A stretch of DNA of 63,651 nt, filler included, from Salisapilia sapeloensis CBS 127946 (Eukaryota > Protista > Oomycota), in the NCBI GenBank assembly GCA_023334545.1. It is 9 parts of 9 records of this genome, joined end to end, with 100 filler letters (N's around TTAATTAATTAA, not from the genome) between each part and the next. Parts side by side here need not be neighbours in the genome. Positions count along the whole stretch, not along the records: positions 1 to 5,042 come from JAADVB010000644.1; positions 5,143 to 10,530 come from JAADVB010000622.1; 7 more parts are not named here. One strand, given 5' to 3'. Position 1 is the first letter of the stretch, and each line of letters begins with the position of its first letter. Below the pieces are notes generated by a model. That model saw only the letters and a list, made by a program, of their open reading frames with translations. It searched no databases and was not told the origin of the DNA. Position numbers and translations under genes: made by a program. Positions 1 to 10,630 of this stretch are shown piece by piece.

Positions 1-141
1 GCGATGTACGATCTGATAGTACATGAACTGTACCCGTACCTAGAGATAGAGTATTGACTGACGCCACCGACATTCCGCTTCTCGAGACCCTTCAGAAGCA
101 TTGTATGCGTGATTGTCCGTGTTGAACACTGATAGCGATCT
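1..141. repeat. C1 left terminal inverted repeat arm (141 bp)
   Basis: 1-141 is the exact reverse complement of 4902-5042; first mismatch at 142 versus 4901. Confidence 0.97.
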
Positions 142-651
142 ATACTTGGCAGAAATGGCTACGAAAAGTGTCGTGGACACCTGGGAATGTTAATTCCCAT
201 GAACCCTTTGCCATGTTTGTCGACAACCAATGGATGCTAATGACATCAACACGGAGTCCACATCGAAAAGGTGTGTATTACATGGCGCATGGGAAATGTT
301 GCTCGATGCAAAGATCGTCTTGCGGAAGAGACCCAGAGGACGGCCCTAAGTCGTTGCACACCTGTGCTAGAATCATTTGTTCGAGTCCTTTGTGGTCAGC
401 AGTGCTCCTATTAACTGTAACCCTTTAATCATCCCTGCTTGAAGTATACTCGGAGCGTTCCAATGTAGTTGGCATTCATAAAGCTCACGAGAATTCGATA
501 CCACCATAAGATGGCAAGGAAACCGATCTCGTGGATTTGTTCGAATCACATCGAAAAGATAGCAATAGTTAATACATCCGTCTAAAGTTTCCATCAATTC
601 GTGCTGAAATCAATAACCCATGATATACAACCATACTTTCAATGCCATCAT
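40..651 (-). CDS. Probable small multi-exon gene, product unknown (about 152 aa; 5' end uncertain)
   Basis: Four GT-AG introns (604-636, 388-421, 237-281, 140-180) join exons into one frame: MMALK|HELMETLDGCINYC...MIKG|TRTND...PMRH|HPLVVDKHGKGFMGINIPR|SLSVFN...ILYL*, stop at 42-40. Phases are consistent. No recognisable domain. Confidence 0.45.
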
Positions 652-1023
652 GCTGCCTAGTGAATTGCCTTCTGGCGAGTAATGCAATCAGTGAGATAGT
701 ACTCGCTGCGACGCCATCTACTCTCTGCATCAGATGATAGACATTTCCACATAATGCCATCTGGAAAAGATCTTGGTTTCAGCATGCTGCTAAGATTTCG
801 ATTCCATCCCAAAACACTCAAACAGCAGGAGAGGAAGAGGAGGGCACTCGCGCTCTACTAGCTTCGCATTACAACGTGCATTGGTCGTCCATTTCCCACT
901 CAGTAGTCTGCCACCTTTTCTCGTCACTACGTGAACTCCCAACGCGTTTATCTTCACGCCACATTAAGCTTCAGGACCTCGTACGAGCGACCAGACGGTA
1001 TCACAAGCAGCACAGTGCGAAGC

Positions 1024-3712
1024 ATGGCCCAGAAAATCTGGCAACGAGCAGAGGAGTCGCTAGCGGCGCCAGGCGTCCCGCACTCCTTCCAACACGTAGA
1101 TGAAAACAAGAGCATCGCAGACATACTGCGCAGTCGAGAGCTCGGTCGCGCGAGCACGGGCAGACGACGCCACGTACGTGACAACGGGAGCAAAGTCGCT
1201 AGTGAATGCCACCCAGAGCACTACTGGGCAGAAAACCAAAGTGCCACTAAGGTAGCGTATACATCTACCTACTGACTCTTCCGTCTTCGATGATACTAAC
1301 GTACGACCATATATCCACAGCATGAAAGTCGGTACTTTGAACTACCCCAATCGACTAAATCGACTATATCCATCGCCATCAGCCCCGACGGGTATGCATC
1401 TCTTCTGATCTACATATTATTCACCTACCTAACGTATTCTGTCGGATAGAAAACTGTTTGCATCTACCCATGGAGACCACACGGTCAAGATAATATGCTT
1501 AGCCACGGGAAAAGTCATTCAGGTACACTTGAAGACAATTCGATAGTTGACACCTTTAATGATATATTTTACCATGATAGACTTTGGTTGGCCACCCACG
1601 GACTCCCTGGAGTGTCAAGTTCCACCCAACAAATCCTCGCTACGTCGCTTCCGGCTGTCTAGGTTTTGAAGTTCGGTACGATCTAGCCCTTGTTGTATAT
1701 TATTTCTATCTCGACTTATCAGCATGCGTAGATTCTGGGATGTATATACTGGTCGATGTCTGTATGTGCACAAACTGCGCCACGCCATCATTTCCATCTC
1801 CTTCCACCCATCAGGCGATGTGCTCGCCATTGCTAGTGGCACTTGCGTTTACACGTGGGACTATCAGGTACCAGCCTTCTCATCAATCCATCAAGAACCC
1901 TTGCTAAGTACATATTACAACAGCATGCAGCTCCTCGTCCTGCCATGATCAGTTCCCAGACCTTGCGCAGCGTCACTTTCCTCTCAGACCCGACCAAAGT
2001 CCTCGTGGGTGAATCCAACGAACGCCCAAACGTACAGTTACTTCCATCTCTACTGTTATACAATAAAGCTAAGTACAACATAGCGCGTGCAAGGCCAAGA
2101 GACTCCAGCGGACTTGACGGTTACCATTAGCAGATGGGACTTTGATCTGCAGTGGGCACTGAACAAGGAACCGCCGGCCGAGGCCAAGGGCCTGTCCAAC
2201 AGCCAGACAGTTCTCTCCCATGCTCTCATCTATAACGATGGTGGCATCGATGTCTCTCGATGCGGACGGTACCTTGCTGTCTGTTCCGACTTTAGTCTCC
2301 GCCAAGCAGAGGTAGAGGCAGAAGAGGCCGAACGCGCCGAAGCACAGAACGATGTGACCGAGATTATGCAGTCGTCTCTTAGCTCTGAGCCTGTGGGTGT
2401 GGAAGCTGCACCGACGTCGACAGGTGGAACGGATGCCGGTCGAGATGACGTTGATGAAGCCACGCTCCAATTCGCAACGAACTTGAACGACAGCACGCGT
2501 GGAAGGAACGTCTTCACGACGGAAGCGTTTGACGACGGACTGAACAGAGCGTACCCGAACGGAGGTGGCAGCACCTGGCCTTCGTACCAAGGTCGTACGA
2601 ACACAGACACGACGTCTGCCTTCCTCCAGCGTCTCACCCAGTCGCGGCAAGCTTACAGACGCCCAACGCATGGTGTCTTGGACCCGCACTGGGCCTCTTT
2701 TCCTAGTCTCCAGGCGCGTCAGCAGAATGACTCGAGGGACGAAACGTTTAGGAATCCATGGTCTCCTACTCCATGGCCACAGAGACATGACAATGATCCG
2801 CATGTGAACCAAGCACTGCGTCGAGTGCGTCCGAGACTGCAGCAGAACCAGTCGATTAGCCGCCGACGGATGGGCATGGAGCCACGTAGCGCCCCCATCG
2901 CCCCTCCCTCTCGCTTCGCTAGGTTCCATACGTCGAGTCCTCTGCATCGACTGGAGACGTACTATCAGACACATTTGCCTTCCTTTCGACATCGATCGCA
3001 GATGTCCCACTTCTTTGACATGTCCAACATGTCGTATAACCCGCAGCAGACGAACGCCATGGCGGCGAGAGCTTATGTGCGTGTGCCTGGTCGAACAGGT
3101 GTCCAGGCGTCTCGACGCGTGTCGAGGCAGATGCTGTACTATAATCTTACGGACGGACGCCATAGCCTTGCCATCAGCAACACGCAGCTGACGGACGCGC
3201 AGCGTGAGCGACGAACGAGGCTGGCGCAGGAAGTCCAGTCGACGTGGCTGACGCTCGTGTCGCTTGAGGAAGGGCAGCTTGGGAAGGTAGTGCAGACGCG
3301 CCGATTAGAAGGCACGGCTGCGGGGGGCGTGACGTCAGTCAAGATCTCTCCTTGCAGCGGGTATGTGCTCCTTGGGTATGGCGTGAGAGACCGTAGGCAG
3401 CGAGAGAATGAGTTCCGAGTGCACCGAGTGACGAGGATCTACCGGTGGGACGACCTATCGTTGCAGTCGCATGTCGAGAGCGAGATGGACGACGTAAACA
3501 TCGCCTTGTTTAGCCCCGTGGCTGGCGCTGGCTTCCTCTACGGGACCAAGCAAGGTAAGATTCGAGTGTGCACCATGTACCGTGGCGGGTATGGAGATGA
3601 AGAGAACTGCAACGTGAAGGATGCTGCTCGTCGACGTCATTTCGACGGAGGAGAGGCCGTGGATGAGGATATGATGGAGGTGGAGGAAGAGCCGTTGGCG
3701 GCCGAAGAGTAA
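1024..3712 (+). CDS. AMBRA1: AMBRA1-like split WD40 protein, multi-exon
   Basis: Spliced exons give [57 protein letters not shown], matching the AMBRA1 N-terminal WD40 blades. A long disordered insert follows, then C-terminal blades ([18 protein letters not shown]; [24 protein letters not shown]). Introns include 1252-1320, 1392-1449, 1523-1580, 1676-1731 and 1868-1923. ATG at 1024 is inferred. Confidence 0.88.
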
Positions 3713-3820
3713 CGCGAACGTAAAATAAGCTGTACGATGACGCGATTGGTTTCGCTCTTTGATTAATTGCTTAGTCGTTTCCGAGCTAGTTGCTTCATGT
3801 TTGAAGAATGAAGAACCAAT

Positions 3821-4351
3821 TCACTTTTGTTTTCGTTTCCGCTGCTTTGTTTGTTGATGCGCTTTGTTGATGAGAGCCTTGGAGCTGGATAAGTCATCCA
3901 GATAGATTTGCTTGGGTTTACCGGAATTGGCGACTGTGAAGACGGTCGGAGAGAGTTTGCGGAGCTTGAATCGCTTGTAGATGGATTTGCCGGACGGGAG
4001 CTTTTGAGAGCAATCGAGGACGCCGACGTTCATGCTTGCTGCTAGCTTCGGAGCCGCGTCCTGGAAAACTTGAGGAATGACGTCGTCTGGGGAACTGCAT
4101 AGCAATGTCCACGACTCACCGGATTTAAAGACTTGCTGCATGACCACCTTATCGGAAACATCGAGACGCTGCATTACATCGGTCGAGTATGAGAATTGGA
4201 GGATCGTGCCGAAGAAAAAGGCAAAGAGGATCACACCGACGGCGAGGATCGCGTGCCAGTAGTCTCTCCACATGCGGTTCTTCAGGAACATCTTGAGCTC
4301 CTTACCATCGCTCGTGCCACCCTCACGGCTACTTTTCGCCTTTCGCCCCAT
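3821..4351 (-). CDS. Single-pass membrane protein with a thioredoxin-like fold region, no CxxC (176 aa)
   Basis: ATG-started intronless ORF: basic N-terminus, hydrophobic helix (AILAVGVILFAFFFGTIL), then a VGVLDC thioredoxin-like strand. Tail-to-tail with AMBRA1. Confidence 0.6.
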   Translation of the reverse strand: MGRKAKSSREGGTSDGKELKMFLKNRMWRDYWHAILAVGVILFAFFFGTILQFSYSTDVMQRLDVSDKVVMQQVFKSGESWTLLCSSPDDVIPQVFQDAAPKLAASMNVGVLDCSQKLPSGKSIYKRFKLRKLSPTVFTVANSGKPKQIYLDDLSSSKALINKAHQQTKQRKRKQK

Positions 4352-4901
4352 GGATACGCGCTACTCGAAGCGCAGCGGATCTTTGGGTGAGGTTAGTGCT
4401 CCTTCGAACATGATGTCGTTTGAAAGGACAAAATAACTTGAACGACTCGGATTTGGTAACTTCGATGGAGCAAAAAGCTGGGTTACCAAATCAAAGGAGG
4501 CGCGAATCCAGCAAGTGTATCTGCTTTCTACGCACGCACAAGCTGGGTACAATTCTTTTGCTGGATTCTTCTTGCTATTCTGGATTTTCACGTGTCGACA
4601 ACGTTGGCAGCGTACGATACAATGAGATGCTTCTTCACATATTGCTGATTGGCGTCAGTACCATGTCGAATAGGCAGGTGCGTATTGCTGCGAAGCATAA
4701 AGTACCCTGATTACAGCATTTTGCTGTAAACATTCCAAGCGCATTAGATGTGGATGCATGTCCTCTCATCTAACATCCAAACACTTCAATTTATGATATT
4801 TTCAGTCGATGCAGATTAAGTCAAGTCAGCGAGGTATCATTTTATCTGGTCCAGAATTTATGGCAAGAAGGAGCCGAAAGAAGCTATGTATGAGACAGCA
4901 C

Positions 4902-5042
4902 AGATCGCTATCAGTGTTCAACACGGACAATCACGCATACAATGCTTCTGAAGGGTCTCGAGAAGCGGAATGTCGGTGGCGTCAGTCAATACTCTATCTC
5001 TAGGTACGGGTACAGTTCATGTACTATCAGATCGTACATCGC
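4902..5042. repeat. C1 right terminal inverted repeat arm (141 bp)
   Basis: Exact reverse complement of 1-141. Confidence 0.97.
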
Positions 5043-5142
5043 NNNNNNNNNNNNNNNNNNNNNNNNNNNNNNNNNNNNNNNNNNNNTTAATTAATTAANN
5101 NNNNNNNNNNNNNNNNNNNNNNNNNNNNNNNNNNNNNNNNNN
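5043..5142. other. Artificial contig spacer N44-TTAATTAATTAA-N44 (also 10531-10630, 12892-12991, 15414-15513, 38557-38656, 39730-39829, 52324-52423, 62279-62378)
   Basis: Identical 100-nt block occurs eight times; TTAATTAATTAA gives stops in all six frames. Confidence 0.99.
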
Positions 5143-5283
5143 CAACTTCACGCAAGTGCTGACGGCCATGCTCGTGCTCCCGCCGACGATGGCGTACGCG
5201 GAAGCGACGGCGCCGCACACGATGGACACGCCGGTACTCATGATCGGATGTGGCGTCATCCTGTACCTCATCACGACGTTCCT
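5143..5283. repeat. C2 left terminal inverted repeat arm (141 bp)
   Basis: Exact reverse complement of 10390-10530; mismatch at 5284 versus 10389. Confidence 0.97.
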
Positions 5284-5680
5284 ATAGGTGCACCTGGTGG
5301 ATAAGGAATGGAAATAGGAGTCGAGATAAACGAACGCAAGTTTAAGAAAGCAAATGGAAATCTTGATTGTTAGAGACTTAAAAATAGTAGAGGAAGAATG
5401 GAGAGTGGATATCTGTCTTTTTGCAAAGCTTCTCGTCATAACGCGCAGCGTAATCGGACGATGTCGGCACTTATTATCTTCATTATCCACAAGGTTTCCA
5501 TTCTTCCTTTTGGACAGTTGGAAGGACTTGAATGTCGAGAAACTAGAGTCGAAAGAAGAGAATTGGAAAATGAGAGCTAGAAGTGACGATGCAGTGGAAG
5601 ATATAGTCTTTAATCAATCTTGAAAGGACCGGAAGGAACATTTACAGAAAGCTATAAACGGGGCTTCTTGATTGCAAGAC
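5284..5680 (+). mobile_element. Degenerate Merlin/IS1595-family transposase remnant
   Basis: Broken frames read IGAPGG*GMEIGVEINERKFKK (compare IGGPG..VEIDESKF), NRTMSALIIFIIHKV (compare DRSA.TL..II) and LLDSWKDLN (compare ISD.WK.Y), in the expected order. Stops and frameshifts present; no TIRs identified. Confidence 0.4.
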
Positions 5681-6194
5681 GAGTCAGCAGCTCATGCGAT
5701 CGCAATTGTCACAAATGTACAAGTAGTTGTATGGTCTAGATCCAGCTACGCAACCATATAGCGCCTGTCATTGAACGTGTTTTAAAGTAAAGCCACTTAA
5801 GCCGCACCATCCGTAAATGGATACTTCTTCACGGTTGTCGACACCAGTTGCGTCATGACGAGCTCTGGATAAGTTTATATTTTAACAAAGAAGTACACTC
5901 TAGACCAAACGCTCATGCAGCATCTATTAGGTTAAACGGTAGACAGTAAAAGCATGCACGACAAGAGTATCCCGACTAGTTTCCAATGGTAATCTCAGTG
6001 CTCGTACTAATAGTAATCTCGGTACTGAGACGATACGCATGACCGTAAGGTTCATGCCAAGCACGTTCCTTCCGGTCGGTACTTTACAGGTGCTTAAGTC
6101 AGTACCTCGTCGCCAAAATATTAGAAACGAATCCGAAAGAAAAAGTATTTTCTTGTTAAAATGTTTTGTATTCAACACTTGGCTCTTCACCTTT

Positions 6195-9100
6195 CTAGCT
6201 CATCTCAAAGCCTGCACCAGCGGAGATCGACATGAGCAACTTCTCTCGCAGCACATTGTACGATGTGTACGTCGGTAACTTTAGAATACTGCAACATCAT
6301 ACCATCAGCACTTTGTTCATATATAAACGTCCACCTCACTTACTTGAAACATGTCGATGAGCTCGGCAACATGTCTTCGTCTCTCTCAATCGCCACGCGC
6401 TGGACGCAGAATGGTGGGTTCAAGGTTTCAAACCCAAGCGACGGTGCTCGTTGACAACTCGTCGTGAACCGCAGGAATGCCGCTTGCTCCGATGGTGTAA
6501 AGCTCTCCACCGCCTGCCACAGCCACTTGATGCGCTTATCCAACGCATAGTACCCGCGAGTGTAATTCGTATGTGCTTTTAAGTCCTCCACGTCCAGTGC
6601 TCCGCTCTTACCCGAGATGAGCACCTGTAGCTCAGGTTCATTGAAAAGCTGCAACCAGTTCAAGTCGACAATCTCCGTGAGACCACGACGGAAGGCTGCG
6701 CTCTGCTCTCGGATCTGCGAGTTCAAATAAAAGTTCGCAACGAGATGAATGTATCGAATCTTGTTCTCGTTCGTAACAGCCTTGTCACTTCCACCCGGTA
6801 TCAATTCCACTTCCTTTTGCTCGCCAAATTCATCCTTGTTAATAGCGAACGTCAGACCCAAGTCCTGTACGTCTCCATCGTATGACTTTAGGAACATCAA
6901 GTTCTACGTGTCAAATAGTTAGTACATCAGCATCGATACATTTGCATCGAAGGCATTACCTTGTAGATCTCTGGATCAAGAGACGGAAGATCGTTTAGAT
7001 TGTTGAAAGCGTGCAACAGCTTCGACAGGAAGAAGTGTGCAAACTTGGGCTGCACGACGATACCTTCGTATAGCGCTTTACCCAAGATACGTCCGACGAA
7101 CTGGAACAGCGTCAAGTGATCACTGTGTCGAGAGTAGTGAGCAGAAGAGGAACTCGGGTTCGGATACAACAAGTGGTCACTCGTCGACAAAAAGAGTCCG
7201 TACTGAAGATCAAATGCAATAGCAGAAAGGTCCAGCCAAAACTCTTTAAACAAGCCACCACCGTCGATACCCATCTCCTCTCGCCCAGCAGCACTTAAAA
7301 ACACAACGTTAATGCGCTTCTTGAGACCAGCACCGAGCTGATTCAGTTTCCGCAGTCCGTCCTCAAACACAGCTTCACGACGGATGTGGATGCGATAGCC
7401 AACACCTTCTTCGCTCTGATGCTGCGCCTTGTCCTGCTTCACCAAGCGCTGGAAGAGCTTTACACGCTCCACGAATGACAGGACGTACGGCATGGAGTAG
7501 ATAAGTTTGTTCGCACGAGGTGTGCCTCGCACGACTTCCTCGATCAGCTGATTCGAGTCCAAGTCATGCAGCACCCAGCTCGTTACGTTACAGAACGGAC
7601 GACGAGAGCATCGGCCGTACAATGTACGTAGGAGCTGTGTGCCAGTATCGACGACATACTTTCCAAACTCAGCATTACCTTTCGAAGGAGGTAGGTCACC
7701 ATAGAGCCAAATGGCCGAGTGGAGACAACGTTTTAAACCGACGACTACGCGCTCTACTTGTCGAAGTGGCAACGGTGACTCCATCTCGTACATCTCCTCT
7801 TCATCTACGACCATAAGCAAGTGCTCGTACGTCGCGCAGAACAACGCCAATGCACACACATACGAGTCCGACATCGGTACCTGCATCAAGTTCACGCTAC
7901 TACAAAACGATTCAAAGTCCCTCGTCTCTTGCAGGAGACACCATAGGAAGAAGACAAACGGAACTTTTTCCTCGCCACCCTCCACCGGTAATCGATAGAA
8001 CGCCAACGTATTCAACATCCGGACGACGTGTAGACTGTTTTTACCTCCTTGTTGGCCCCACCTAGCTAGGAAGGACGCACAGAGAACGACAAACGCACTC
8101 GCTTCCTCCTGCATAAAAGGTTCTAGAGTACTCGACGTGCCATGCAGTGCCAGTTCTTTCGACCGCTGCGATCTATCCATAAGCACATCCTCTCCTTCCT
8201 TCTTGTCGACCGAATACTTTTTCTTTCTCAATCCCGTTCTCTCCAATAACTGACGCGCCCAACCTTGATCTCCAAATGTCGTCGTCACCTTTTTCCAAGC
8301 GTCCGAGATGGCGTTCCCACCTGAAGGTCCTTTCGACGCAATGTCTCCAAAGCCAAATTGTTCCTACATCGAATTTAATGAAGGACACACAAAAAGATAA
8401 ACATTAAGATCAACGTACCGCGACTGTAGGAGCGGAGGGTTCCATCGGCTGCGGACGCTCAATATCCAAAGGTTTCTTCATTCCGGACGGAGCGAAACGC
8501 AGTAGTTGATCGCAGAATCCAGCTAGGAACTCTCGTCGTAGCAAAATCGATAGCTGATCGTTCAGTGCCTCGGGATACACGACTGGCACTGAGTACGAGT
8601 CGGATATTTGGAGCCACACAGCCGATACACCTTCCGCGACGTACGTTTCCTGTGGGACGATCTGTAGTAGATGCGTAAGTGCCTTTGCCTCCAATCTCGC
8701 GATTTCCGGAGACTGAGCCTGCTCTCGATCCATAAGCCATAGGACATTCCCTAAAAGCCACACGACGGATGGAATGCCTTTCACTGGCGTTGGAGGCAGA
8801 TCGTCATTGGATAGTCGCTCGGTAATCATCATCAAGTGATTCCATCGATCTTTTGCTTCTATCAACTGTAGCCATAGCGAAACATCTACACATGTATGAC
8901 ATAGTGGCACAGATAGAATCTGAGCAGCGATGTCTTCATGCAATTCGCTACTTCCTTCTGCAAAGTGCAGAAGCAATCGCATCAATTCATTCCGTTCTGA
9001 ATTGTCACGAGGGTGATGATTCTTATCCAAATGACTATACTCTGTCAGTTTTCTTCTCGTCAAACAGGCAAATGATGTCTGTGGAAGTATCGACAGCTGC

Positions 9101-9755
9101 GATAGGCGAGTCCAACGTGTCGGTAGGCTTCGAAGCGTCGCCGATCGAAGGTAGCTCATCACGTCTGGATTAACTTCCTTCAACGTAACCACGCAATCAA
9201 AGAGAGAAGAGCAATCGCCGGATTCTACGCCAGTAATCGAGTGCAGACACAAATCCACAAGTCGATAGATCTGCCATTTCTTAGTCGATTCGTCCATCGT
9301 AGCGTTCCAATCTGCACCTTTCGCCTTAGCTGCATCTGTAACTAGCTTGGCAATCTGTTCCAATCGACGTCGATCCTCTTTCGTCCCAGCAAAGACGAAC
9401 AAGAGCTTTTTCAATACCTACGATCACTTCCTTTAGTTCCTACACTCGCCACAACTAGTAATTCGCATATACGCACATCATAGATGGCATCAAACGGCAG
9501 TAACATGTTCGGTTGTTGCAATAGGATCTTCAAATTGGCAATGTCACTCAACTTTTGATCTAGATCCGCCTGAACTGTGCGACGGCTCCTCGTGCCAGCA
9601 ATCCAGGCCCTGACACTCGATTGCAACTTAATCGCACATTCGACCTTGTGCTTCTGGACCGCCCGAGCCTTACGCTCTTTACTAGCACGTTCTAACACTT
9701 GCTTCCGGCCCTTATTCCCACTCGATCGACCGAGCTCCTTGTCACTTAAGAACAT
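6195..9755 (-). CDS. UBE3C: UBE3C/UPL6-7-like HECT E3 ubiquitin ligase with N-terminal IQ motif, multi-exon
   Basis: N-terminal IQ motif AIKLQSSVRAWIA. HECT motifs GIDGGGLFKEF, FVGRILGKALYEG and FLRFTTSCQRAPSLGF. Catalytic LPSSSTCFN is completed across an intron and the last exon ends GAGFEMS* (stop at 6197-6195). Confidence 0.93.
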
Positions 9756-9852
9756 TTTCTTCTTTGGTGTAAACTATGGTCGTGTGCACATTTGCAATTT
9801 AATACCAGTCATTACAAATCAGTCGATGCTCGCATCCGTCCACCGGACGCTC

Positions 9853-10323
9853 ATGTCGACCAAGGAGAGTGCGAAGCCGACGGGCAAGGGTACCGTCAAT
9901 ACACCTGCATCAGATGGAGATGTAAAGACACAGAAGAGTGTGCCAGCAGGGTTCTTTGATGATGCTTTAGACGATGCCAAAGCTCGAGATGTCGATGTGA
10001 AGGCTATTGCTGCCAAGCAAGAGGAAGAGGACTGGGCGACATTCCAACAGTTCATGGCTGAGACGGAGAAGAAGGAACGGGAAGATGAACAGGAACAGGA
10101 GAAGGAAGACGTGGAACGAAGTGCAGTCCAAGATCTGGACAATATGCAGTATGTCGATCGATATCGCATGCTACTGGAACGAGCAGCTGCGCTCGATAGC
10201 TCCTCTTCCAACAAGCGTAAGCAGAGTAAAGATACCCAAGAGGAGTTTGATGATGAAGATGATATTACATCGATCGTCCAGCAACACGTTCTCAAGAAGG
10301 CTAAACGCAAACGAGAGGAATGA
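9853..10323 (+). CDS. ZNF830/CCDC16-like coiled-coil protein (C-terminal domain only)
   Basis: VPAGFFDDALDDAKARD..EEEDWATFQQF..QYVDRYRML resembles the ZNF830 LPEGFFDD motif region. ATG at 9853, or in-frame at 9826. Head-to-head with the HECT gene. Confidence 0.65.
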   Translation: MSTKESAKPTGKGTVNTPASDGDVKTQKSVPAGFFDDALDDAKARDVDVKAIAAKQEEEDWATFQQFMAETEKKEREDEQEQEKEDVERSAVQDLDNMQYVDRYRMLLERAAALDSSSSNKRKQSKDTQEEFDDEDDITSIVQQHVLKKAKRKREE

Positions 10324-10385
10324 AAATGTCAAAAAGAATTATGCCAAAACACTAAACTACTTGCGTCAAAGTCTAGATAACCGGC

Positions 10386-10529
10386 TTAGAGGAACGTCGT
10401 GATGAGGTACAGGATGACGCCACATCCGATCATGAGTACCGGCGTGTCCATCGTGTGCGGCGCCGTCGCTTCCGCGTACGCCATCGTCGGCGGGAGCACG
10501 AGCATGGCCGTCAGCACTTGCGTGAAGTT
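10386..10529 (-). CDS. 3' end of a membrane protein entering from the contig end (partial)
   Basis: High-GC3 frame NFTQVLTAMLVLPPTMAYAEATAPHTMDTPVLMIGCGVILYLITTFL*, TAA at 10388-10386, converging on the ZNF830-like stop. Confidence 0.55.
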   Translation of the reverse strand, partial: NFTQVLTAMLVLPPTMAYAEATAPHTMDTPVLMIGCGVILYLITTFL

Positions 10530-10530
10530 G
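10390..10530. repeat. C2 right terminal inverted repeat arm (141 bp)
   Basis: Exact reverse complement of 5143-5283. Confidence 0.97.
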
Positions 10531-10630
10531 NNNNNNNNNNNNNNNNNNNNNNNNNNNNNNNNNNNNNNNNNNNNTTAATTAATTAANNNNNNNNNNNNNN
10601 NNNNNNNNNNNNNNNNNNNNNNNNNNNNNN

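Noticed and set aside
2069-3163. Long antisense ORF (364 aa) opposite AMBRA1, and similar shadow ORFs (e.g. 52437-52985, 24747-25352, 62916-63626)
   Set aside because: No recognisable motifs; expected opposite GC3-rich or low-complexity real genes.
2400-3200. Large disordered insert in AMBRA1
   Set aside because: A split WD40 with a long disordered middle is the known AMBRA1 architecture.
5087-5098. TTAATTAATTAA palindromes inside the N runs
   Set aside because: Synthetic six-frame-stop linker repeated identically at every contig join; not biological.
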